Source of the DNA: Schaalia meyeri
GTDB lineage: Bacteria > Actinomycetota > Actinomycetes > Actinomycetales > Actinomycetaceae
DNA: 20,964 bases
Direction of reading: 5' to 3'
Assembly: GCF_900105015.1 (NCBI RefSeq)
Contig: NZ_FNLK01000013.1
Span: 1-20,964 of the forward strand
The translations under genes were made by a program, and so were the position numbers. The notes under the pieces were generated by a model, which worked only from the letters and a program-made list of their open reading frames with translations, was not told where the DNA came from and ran no database searches. Shown piece after piece: positions 9,551 to 16,295 of this stretch (position 1 is its first letter; each line of letters opens with the position of its first letter).

Positions 9551-12004
9551 TCACAGGCCGGCGCGGTTCAGGCGCGCGATCTCGGCCTCGGTCGCGTGCT
9601 TCGTGGTGGGCACGTGGCCGGGCAGCGGCAGGATACGCTCGTGGATCGCGTCGAGGATCCACGACACCTGTGGGAAGAAGAACGACTCAAGCTCGGGTCC
9701 GGGCGTGATGCCGTTGCGAGAGCCGACCACGGCGATGGGCGCATCCAGCGCGTCGAAGGCCAGGGTCTGCACGTTCGCGGCTACCGTGTTGAGGAAGGAC
9801 CCGCGCTCGACCGCGTCCGAGGTCAGGATGAGACGGCCGGTCTTCTTCACGGACGCGATCAGCTTGTCGTAGTTCAGCGGGGCGACGAAACGCAGATCGA
9901 TGACCTCCGCGCTCAGCCCGTACTTCTCGGCCAAGACGTCGGCGGCCTCGAGGGCCTTGTAGACGGTTGCACCGTAGGCCGCGATCGTGATGTCGCTGCC
10001 CTCGCGGCGGATCGCCGGCTCGCCCTCTTCGGTCTCGTAGTATCCCTCGGGAACACCGCCGGGCTCGAAGTCCTCGCCCTTGTCGTAGAGCTTCTGGGAT
10101 TCGAAGAAGACGACGGGGTCGGTGCCGGACAGCGCCAGGTTAAGCATGCCCTTGGCGTCGGTGGGCGTGGTCGGGAAGTAGACCTTGAGGCCGGGGATGT
10201 GGGCTGTCAGCGCGCTCCAGTCCTGGCTGTGTTGGGCGCCGTACTTCGCGCCCACGGAGACGCGCAGGACGAGGGGCATCTTGAGCAGTCCGGCGCTCAT
10301 GGACTGCCACTTGGCCATCTGATTGAAGACCTCGTCGCCGGCACGTCCCAGGAAGTCGCAGTACATGAGCTCGACAACCGCCCGCCCGCCGGCCATGGCG
10401 TAGCCCACGCCCGCCCCGACGATGGAGGCCTCGGCGATGGGCGAGTTGAAGAGGCGCCGGTAGGGCAGCGCCTCGGTCAGGCCGCGGTAGACCGCGAACG
10501 CACCGCCCCAGTCGCGGTTCTCCTCGCCCCAAGCCGCCATCGTCGGGTCGGTCTGGAAGCGGTGCAGCATCGCCTCGAAGAGGCCGTCACGGAACTGGTA
10601 CATGCGCATCTTGGAGACAGGCTTGCCGTTTTCGTCCACGCTCGTGCGTACCTTCTTGGCCAGGGCCTTCACGCGCGGGTTGTCCGCCAGGTCGATCTCG
10701 GGGGTGGCGTCGTCGAAGGACTCGACCTTCTCGTTGGAATACATGACGGAGTCGATGTAGCCGTCCGCGACGCGCGAGGTGGTCTGGTCGTCGATGGTAA
10801 GCTTCAGGACCTTGACCAGCTTGTCGGTCAGCGAGGCCGTGTAGCCGTCGATGTCGTCCTGCGTGGTCAGGCCGTTGGAGATGAGCAGCTCGGAGTACTC
10901 CTTGATGCAGTCCGCCTGCTCCCACAGGTCGACCTCTTCCTTCGTGCGGTACGACGAGGCATCGGACGGCGAGTGCCCGGAGAAGCGATAGGTGATGGTG
11001 TCCATGAGGACGGGGCCTCGCCCCTTCTCCAGGATCTTCTTCTTGCGGGTGGTCGCATCCGCGACGGCCAGCGGGTTGAGGCCGTCGACGCGCTCGGCGT
11101 GCATGGCCTCGGGGTTGAGGGCCGCGCCCACGCGGGCGAGGATCTCATAGCCCATGGTCTCGCCGTAGGTCTGTCCGCCCATGCCGTAGAAGTTGTTAAA
11201 GAAGTTGAACAGGATTGGCGGGTTGCCGCCGTCCTCCTCGCGCCACAGGGAGCGGAACTGATCCATCGACGCGAAGGTGAGGGCCTCCCACACGGGGCCG
11301 CAGGCCAGCGCGGCATCGCCGACGTTGGAGATGACGATGCCGGGCTTGCGGTTGATGCGCTTAAAGAGCGCTGCGCCGTTCGCGATGGGGGCGCTTCCGC
11401 CGACGATCGCGTTGTTCGGATAGGAACCGAACGGCAGGAAGAACGTGTGCATCGAGCCGCCCAGGCCGCGATTGAAACCGGACTTGCGGGCGAAGATTTC
11501 GGCCAGCGCGCCGAAGAGGATGAAGTTCTCCGTCAGGTCCTTCGTGTCCGAGTACCCGATTTTCTCCGCGTAGGACAGGGTCTCGCCGCCGAGGAAGCCC
11601 TTCATGATGTCCTCGAGATGGGCCTCGTCCATCTGGTGCATGGCCGAGTAGCACTTAGCCAGGATCTCGCCGTGGGAACGGTGGGAACCGAAGATGAAGT
11701 CCTCGGGGGACAGCACGAAGCTCTGGCCCACGTAGGCGCTCTCCTGGCCGATGCCCAGGTGGGCGGGGCCGCGGTGGTTGTACTCGACGCCCTCCCACGC
11801 GCCGGTCTTTTTGATCGAGTCGAGCATGGACTCGAAGGTGCGCACGACGATCATGTCGTGGAGCATCTGGACCATGCCGTCCTGGCCGTAGCGGGCGATC
11901 TCGGTGTCGCGGTCGAAGCTGTACTGGTTGACGGGAACGTCGGGGAACTGCACGTGTCCCGGGCGACGCACCGCGGCGGGGTCGATGATGAGAGACTTAG
12001 TCAT
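9551..12004 (-). CDS. Fused E1 alpha-beta component of a lipoamide-dependent (acetoin/pyruvate/2-oxoacid-type) dehydrogenase complex, TPP-dependent, 817 aa
   Basis: The N-terminal ~400 aa resemble E1 alpha. Motifs there are [34 protein letters not shown], the TPP-loop region [11 protein letters not shown]...FFNNFYGMG, and YRFSGHS. The C-terminal ~352 aa (from [14 protein letters not shown], nt ~10609 downwards) resemble E1 beta, i.e. a transketolase-like Pyr domain plus C-terminal domain. Motifs there are [34 protein letters not shown] and [10 protein letters not shown]. Confidence 0.9.
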   Translation of the reverse strand: MTKSLIIDPAAVRRPGHVQFPDVPVNQYSFDRDTEIARYGQDGMVQMLHDMIVVRTFESMLDSIKKTGAWEGVEYNHRGPAHLGIGQESAYVGQSFVLSPEDFIFGSHRSHGEILAKCYSAMHQMDEAHLEDIMKGFLGGETLSYAEKIGYSDTKDLTENFILFGALAEIFARKSGFNRGLGGSMHTFFLPFGSYPNNAIVGGSAPIANGAALFKRINRKPGIVISNVGDAALACGPVWEALTFASMDQFRSLWREEDGGNPPILFNFFNNFYGMGGQTYGETMGYEILARVGAALNPEAMHAERVDGLNPLAVADATTRKKKILEKGRGPVLMDTITYRFSGHSPSDASSYRTKEEVDLWEQADCIKEYSELLISNGLTTQDDIDGYTASLTDKLVKVLKLTIDDQTTSRVADGYIDSVMYSNEKVESFDDATPEIDLADNPRVKALAKKVRTSVDENGKPVSKMRMYQFRDGLFEAMLHRFQTDPTMAAWGEENRDWGGAFAVYRGLTEALPYRRLFNSPIAEASIVGAGVGYAMAGGRAVVELMYCDFLGRAGDEVFNQMAKWQSMSAGLLKMPLVLRVSVGAKYGAQHSQDWSALTAHIPGLKVYFPTTPTDAKGMLNLALSGTDPVVFFESQKLYDKGEDFEPGGVPEGYYETEEGEPAIRREGSDITIAAYGATVYKALEAADVLAEKYGLSAEVIDLRFVAPLNYDKLIASVKKTGRLILTSDAVERGSFLNTVAANVQTLAFDALDAPIAVVGSRNGITPGPELESFFFPQVSWILDAIHERILPLPGHVPTTKHATEAEIARLNRAGL

Positions 12005-12036
12005 TTCTTTCTACTCTTCCTAAACGTAGGGATTCG

Positions 12037-13404
12037 TCAGAGCTTGATGGCCCACGCGGCCTCGCGGATAACCTCGGAGACCGTGGGGTGCGGGAAGACC
12101 ACCTGGCGCAGGTCCTCGACGGTGAGTTCCATTTCGACGACGGCCTGCGCGCCCCAGATCATTTCGGCGGCGTACGCGCCAAGCACGTGGATGCCGAGGA
12201 CCTGGTGGGTGTCGGGGTCAACGAGGATCTTCGCCTCGCCGGGGGCCTTGAAGCCGTTCTCGGCGATGAAGCGACCGGACATGAGGGCGGGGACCTTGGC
12301 GACCAGGACGGGGCGCCCCTCGCGCTTGGCCACTGATTCGGTCAGGCCGACGCCAGCCGCCTCGGGGATCGAGAACACGGCCCACGGGACGGTGTGCCAG
12401 CGCATGACCTCGCCGCGCTTCTTGGCGTTCGGGTCCAGGATGTTTGCCGAGGCGATCTCCGCCATGCGGTAGGCGGCGTGGGCCAGCAGGGAACGGCCAG
12501 TGACGTCGCCGATGGCCCACACGTTCGGCAGGTTCGTGCGCATGCGATCATCCACGACGACGCCGCGGTTGATCTCGAGGCCACTCTCTTCGGCGCCCCA
12601 ACCGTCAGTCGCGGGACGGCGGCCGACGGCCATGAGAACCACGTCGGCCTCGATGCTCTTCTTTTCCTCACCCTTGGAGTAGTGGACGATTCCTCCATCC
12701 AGGGATTCGACCCGGCAGCCGAGCTCGAAGGTCACGTCCCTCATGGCGGCGCGGGCCCCCGCGGCCAGGTCGTCGTCCATGAAGGGCAGGATCTCGGGGG
12801 CCATTTCGATGACGGTCACCTTCGAGCCGAGCGTGGAGTACAGGGAGGCGAACTCGACGCCGATGACGCCGCCGCCGATGACCGCCAGGCGGGCGGGCAC
12901 CTCGGGCAGGGACAGGATGCCGGTGGAATCAACCAGCGCGGGATTGTCCTGCGTGCCGGGCAGCGGGGGCATGACCGGGACGGATCCAGTGGCGATGATG
13001 ACGTGGTCCGAGGTGTAGGTCGCGCCCTCCACGGTGACGCGGCCGGGGGCCTCGAGGTGGCCCCGGCCGTTGATGACCGTGACGCCCGCCTTGCGCTCGG
13101 TGGATGTCACCCCGGCGACCAGGCCGGAAACGACCTGGTCCTTCCAGGCCTGCATCTGCGCCCAGTTGACGGACACGCCCTGGGCGTCGACGCCGAACTG
13201 GCTGGCTTCCTTGGCGTGCAGGTAGTTCTTGGCGCCGTTGAGCAGGGTCTTCGTGGGGATGCAGCCCACGTTCAGGCAGGTGCCGCCCAGGTACTGTTCC
13301 TCGACCAGCGCGACCTTCTTGCCCGCGTGCCCCAGGCGCTCGGCGGCCAGGTAGCCCCCGGGGCCGGCCCCCAGGACGATGACGTCAAAGTGTGTCTCGC
13401 TCAT
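12037..13404 (-). CDS. lpd: Dihydrolipoyl dehydrogenase (E3), 455 aa
   Basis: Contains the FAD-binding motif DVIVLGAGPGGY and the redox-active disulfide motif GGTCLNVGCIPTK. It also has an NAD-binding motif (LAVIGGGVIGVEF) and a C-terminal interface domain with HPTVSE. An AAGAGGA SD lies upstream. Confidence 0.95.
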   Translation of the reverse strand: MSETHFDVIVLGAGPGGYLAAERLGHAGKKVALVEEQYLGGTCLNVGCIPTKTLLNGAKNYLHAKEASQFGVDAQGVSVNWAQMQAWKDQVVSGLVAGVTSTERKAGVTVINGRGHLEAPGRVTVEGATYTSDHVIIATGSVPVMPPLPGTQDNPALVDSTGILSLPEVPARLAVIGGGVIGVEFASLYSTLGSKVTVIEMAPEILPFMDDDLAAGARAAMRDVTFELGCRVESLDGGIVHYSKGEEKKSIEADVVLMAVGRRPATDGWGAEESGLEINRGVVVDDRMRTNLPNVWAIGDVTGRSLLAHAAYRMAEIASANILDPNAKKRGEVMRWHTVPWAVFSIPEAAGVGLTESVAKREGRPVLVAKVPALMSGRFIAENGFKAPGEAKILVDPDTHQVLGIHVLGAYAAEMIWGAQAVVEMELTVEDLRQVVFPHPTVSEVIREAAWAIKL

Positions 13405-13420
13405 GTGTGTTCCTCTTTCC

Positions 13421-14761
13421 TCAGGCCAGGACGGTCACGTCGATGTTCTCGATGGCGGCGACGAGGTCGCGCAGGAATCGCGCGCCGTCCGCGCCGTCGA
13501 TGACCTGGTGGTCGATCGTGAGCGACAGGTTAAGGCGCTGCTGGGCGCCGACGGTACCGTCGGGGGCGAAGGACGGGCGCGGGGTGATCGAGCCAACGCC
13601 GAGGATCGCCGTCTGGGGCAGGTTGATGACGGGCGTGAAGGTCTCGATCCCGAAGGAGCCGATGTTGGAGACCGTAAAGGTCCCGCCGCCCAGGTAGTCG
13701 GGCGACAGGGTGCCGTCGATGGCGCCGCCGGCCAGGCGCTTGGCCTCGTCGGAGAATGCCTTGAGGCCCAGCGACTGCGCGGAGCGGATGACGGGGACCA
13801 GGAGGCCGCGCGGGGTGTCGCATGCGAAACCGAGGTGCACCTGCTCGAACTGGGTGAGGACGCCGTCTTCGAGGTGGGCGTTGAAGACGGGGTACCTCGG
13901 CAGGGTGCGCGACACCGCGAAGCAAACCAGGTCGTTGAGGGTGATCTTGTTCAGCCCCAGGGCCTCGTCGGCGTTCTTGACCTTCTTGCGCAGGGCGAGG
14001 ATGCCGGCCGCGTTCGCCGTGGTGTTCAGGGTCAGCTGGGCGGTCGTGGTCAGGGACTCCATCATGCGCTTTGCGACGACCTTGCGCACGCCCCTCAGCG
14101 GCGAGGAGGTGGAAGCACCCGGGAAGTCGGCGGCCAAAGCGACAGCCGGGGCGGCGGGTGCAGCCGGGGCCTCGGGGGCGCGGTCCGCGTCGGCGACGCG
14201 CACGCGGCCTCCGATGCCGGTGCCTTCCGTGGCACTCACGCCGGCGACGCGCGCGGCGGAGGTGAGGACGGGACCCGAGGCGATCGCGGCGGCGACGTCG
14301 CGCTCAATGACGCGTCCATGGGGGCCGGATCCCTCGGTGATAGCAGAAGCGTCGATGCCGGCGCTGGCGGCGAGGGCGCGGGCTCGCGGGGAGACGGCGC
14401 CCGTGGCTCGCTCGGTTACAAACGCTGGGGCGGCCGTTTCGATGGGAGCGGCTTTGTTATCCTGCGGGGCCTGCTCGCAGGCGGAGGCGTCGCCTCCGGG
14501 AACCAGGCCGGAGATGTCCTCTCCGGGATCGCCGACGATGATGAGGGGATCCTTGACGGGGACCTCATCGCCTTCTTCCCACAGAAGCTTCAGGACGGTT
14601 CCCTCGGCGGTCGAGGGCACCTCCATCGTCGACTTGTCGGTCTCGATGGACGCGAGGGTCTGGTCGACGGCGACGGTGTCGCCCTCGGCGATCATCCACT
14701 CGACGATGATGCACGACTCAACAGAGTTGCCCAACTGGGGCATCACCACGATAGTGGCCAT
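13421..14761 (-). CDS. Dihydrolipoamide acyltransferase (E2) with one lipoyl domain, 446 aa
   Basis: The start MATIVVMPQLGNSVE follows a perfect AGGAGG SD (rc of ~14767-14773). The lipoyl-lysine motif is ASIETDKSTMEV. There is an Ala/Pro linker and a subunit-binding domain (VSPRARALAASAGIDASAITEGSGPHGRVIERDV). The catalytic motif is TIDHQVIDGADGARFL, where the canonical form is DHRxxDG (Gln here instead of Arg). The 68 upstream codons of the ORF-track entry overlap the DeoR gene and are rejected. Confidence 0.9.
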   Translation of the reverse strand: MATIVVMPQLGNSVESCIIVEWMIAEGDTVAVDQTLASIETDKSTMEVPSTAEGTVLKLLWEEGDEVPVKDPLIIVGDPGEDISGLVPGGDASACEQAPQDNKAAPIETAAPAFVTERATGAVSPRARALAASAGIDASAITEGSGPHGRVIERDVAAAIASGPVLTSAARVAGVSATEGTGIGGRVRVADADRAPEAPAAPAAPAVALAADFPGASTSSPLRGVRKVVAKRMMESLTTTAQLTLNTTANAAGILALRKKVKNADEALGLNKITLNDLVCFAVSRTLPRYPVFNAHLEDGVLTQFEQVHLGFACDTPRGLLVPVIRSAQSLGLKAFSDEAKRLAGGAIDGTLSPDYLGGGTFTVSNIGSFGIETFTPVINLPQTAILGVGSITPRPSFAPDGTVGAQQRLNLSLTIDHQVIDGADGARFLRDLVAAIENIDVTVLA

Positions 14762-14771
14762 GTGTTTCCTC

Positions 14772-15521
14772 CTAGACGATGCGCAGCTTCGTGCGCTCGG
14801 CCAATTCCTTGATGGATTCTTCGGGGATCTCATCGTCGGTGATGATTCCGGTGACCTGGTCGATCCCCATGAAGCTGACGAAGCCGGCTTCCCCGTACTT
14901 GGAGGAGTCGGCGAGCAGCCACGTCTCTTGTGCGCGGGTGCGCATGATGGAACCGACCTGTCCACCCTCCACGAGTTGGGTGGTCAGGCCGCGGTCAACG
15001 CTGAATCCGTCGGTTCCGAGGAACGCGACACGCGCGTTGAAGTCATTGATGGCGCGCTCGGCGACCGGCCCCACGAGGGATTCGGACTCGGCGCGGAAGT
15101 GCCCGCCCGTCAGCGTGATGTTGAGGTTCGGGTTGGAACGGGCGTTGGCGAACACCAGGACGGAGTTGGTCAAAACCTGGACTCCCCGCTTGCCGGTGAG
15201 GTACTTGACGATGAGGGCGCAGGTGGTGCCGGCCTCGATCATGATGCGATCGTCGTCGTGAATCATGTCGGCCGCGGCCCGCGCGATGCGCTCTTTCTGA
15301 TCGACGCGGTCGCTTTGACGCAGGTGAATGTTGCGGAACGTGGTGGGCCGGGCACCTCCGTGGGTGCGCACGAGGTATCCCTGCTCGTCGAGGGTTTTCA
15401 AGGAGGCGCGCACGGTGACGGGGGAAACGCCCAGGTCGGAGGCGAGCTGGGCGACGCTCACCTCACCCTCGCGGGCGAGGCGATCCAGGATGTAGTTCGT
15501 GCGTTCCTCTGCACGTCCCAT
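14772..15521 (-). CDS. DeoR/GlpR-family transcriptional regulator, 249 aa
   Basis: Contains an N-terminal wHTH (ILDRLAREGEVSVAQLASDLGVSPVTVRASLKTLDEQGYLVRTHGGA) and a DeoR C-terminal sugar-phosphate-binding-type domain. I prefer the ATG at 15521 (AAGAGG SD 6-7 nt upstream) over the GTG at 15536. Its TAG stop (14772-14774) lies inside the SD of the E2 gene. Confidence 0.9.
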   Translation of the reverse strand: MGRAEERTNYILDRLAREGEVSVAQLASDLGVSPVTVRASLKTLDEQGYLVRTHGGARPTTFRNIHLRQSDRVDQKERIARAAADMIHDDDRIMIEAGTTCALIVKYLTGKRGVQVLTNSVLVFANARSNPNLNITLTGGHFRAESESLVGPVAERAINDFNARVAFLGTDGFSVDRGLTTQLVEGGQVGSIMRTRAQETWLLADSSKYGEAGFVSFMGIDQVTGIITDDEIPEESIKELAERTKLRIV

Positions 15522-15577
15522 GGGACACCTCTTCACAGATGAGCGACATTCCCGTCACTTTGCCTTTCGTTAAGGAC

Positions 15578-15606
15578 AGAATAGTCACAAAAGCGAAAGT
15601 ATGCAA
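15578..15606 (-). promoter_or_regulatory. Candidate promoter of the deoR-E2-E3-E1 operon (TTGCAT - 17 nt - TATTCT)
   Basis: On the minus strand, TTGCAT occupies 15606-15601 and TATTCT occupies 15583-15578, with exactly 17 nt between them. It lies about 55 nt upstream of the DeoR ATG. It is flanked by an imperfect inverted repeat (15558-15569 and 15588-15599). Confidence 0.45.
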
Positions 15607-15712
15607 CATCACGTGCGGGGCAAATACCCGCGCGCATGCCGCGCGATAACGCCCGCACGCGCGCGCGTTACGGCGGCACACGATCGGCCGTCATGTCAGG
15701 AAAAACGCCGAT

Positions 15713-15738
15713 GCGGGCGGCCCGCAAAGGCCGCCCGC
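15713..15738 (-). terminator. Hairpin with downstream T-run in the fucU-deoR intergenic region
   Basis: GCGGGCGGCC (15713-15722) pairs with GGCCGCCCGC (15729-15738), with a 6-nt loop. On the minus strand it is followed by ATCGGCG and then TTTTT (15705-15701). Confidence 0.45.
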
Positions 15739-15784
15739 ACGACAGCTACGCTCCCCCCCCCTCGCGCCACTCGCGCGACACAAG

Positions 15785-15806
15785 CGAAACGAAAACGAAA
15801 CGAAAG
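15785..15806. repeat. Tandem pentamer-like repeat: CGAAA CGAAAA CGAAA CGAAAG
   Basis: Read directly from the sequence: four head-to-tail CGAAA(A/G) units. On the minus strand they read CTTTCG TTTCG TTTTCG TTTCG. Confidence 0.8.
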
Positions 15807-15818
15807 AACTGGTCACCA

Positions 15819-15840
15819 GCGAGGCGATCAGCCGCCTCGC
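15819..15840 (-). terminator. Hairpin 15 nt downstream of the fucU stop
   Basis: GCGAGGCG (15819-15826) pairs with CGCCTCGC (15833-15840), with a 6-nt loop. On the minus strand it is followed within ~12 nt by the T-rich stretch TTCTTTCGTTTCGTTTTCGTTTCG. Confidence 0.4.
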
Positions 15841-15854
15841 GCGAGAAACACGCT

Positions 15855-16283
15855 TTACTCCCCGGGCTGGCGCACCCCAACCGTCAGGAGCAGGTTGCCG
15901 TACAGACGCTGCTCGCCCGTCGCCACAATGATGCCCACTTCCTCGCTGCGCGCCGCGTCGTAGAAATCAAAGCGGGACAGCTCCCCGAACTCGACATCCG
16001 GCAGCGCCTCGCGGAACTCGCGGTGGATCGGGATATCCACCGTCTCCCCGTCGGCCGGGGTCATGATCTCCGCGCGCTCGATCGGGATCGTCCGCTTCAG
16101 CACCTCCAGGACCTGAAGGACATCCAGCATGCCCGGGGCCAGGTTTAAAGACACGAGCTCGCAGCGCGCTGAGACGCCCGTCGTGTGCGGATAGTTCGCA
16201 TCCGCCAGCAGAACCTTCGACCCGTGGCCGGCAGCCGCGAGTGCGCGCAGGAACTGGGGGTGAGTCATTGGACCGTACAGCAT
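15855..16283 (-). CDS. fucU: RbsD/FucU-family sugar mutarotase (L-fucose mutarotase-like), 142 aa
   Basis: Aligns by eye with E. coli FucU. Matching segments are the GHGSKVLLADANYP region (compare GHGDEIIFSDAHFP) and the C-terminal VATGEQRLYGNLLLTVGV (compare ITGERAKYGNILLKKGV). Confidence 0.85.
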   Translation of the reverse strand: MLYGPMTHPQFLRALAAAGHGSKVLLADANYPHTTGVSARCELVSLNLAPGMLDVLQVLEVLKRTIPIERAEIMTPADGETVDIPIHREFREALPDVEFGELSRFDFYDAARSEEVGIIVATGEQRLYGNLLLTVGVRQPGE

Positions 16284-16295
16284 GAACTTGCCTTT

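Noticed and set aside
9390-9662. N-terminal 91 codons of the ORF-track PHP entry (start at 9662)
   Set aside because: This part overlaps the 3' end of the E1 gene and both terminator-like hairpins, and it is Pro/Arg-rich. The conserved PHP sequence begins after the ATG at 9389 or 9377.
9401-12472. 1023-aa plus-strand ORF, the longest in the window
   Set aside because: It runs antisense across the E1 gene, the intergenic gap and part of lpd. The translation is low-complexity and rich in R/G/A/V/D/L, with no recognisable motif. The opposite strand encodes two proteins with unmistakable family signatures. This is a typical stop-codon-poor antisense frame of high-GC DNA.
14762-14965. 68-codon N-terminal extension of the E2 ORF; likewise 17292-17408 for LacI, 15522-15536 for DeoR, 6936-6950 for the MDR and 3734-3769 for the symporter
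   Set aside because: The extensions overlap upstream genes or the genes' own SD sequences. Strong SD-ATG pairs occur at the downstream starts, and the conserved domains begin there.
15628-15700. Alternating CG-rich stretch with small palindromes (CGCGCGCATGCCGCGCG; TAACGC...GCGTTA), considered as a possible riboswitch or sRNA
   Set aside because: The stems are short and self-complementary purely because of the CG alternation. The stretch lies upstream of the predicted deoR promoter, so it is probably untranscribed spacer. There is no evidence for a defined structure.
15785-15806. CGAAA tandem repeat considered as a CRISPR array or minisatellite
   Set aside because: The units are only 5-6 nt with no spacers, and no cas genes are present. 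It is kept only as a short tandem repeat or possible operator/terminator tail.
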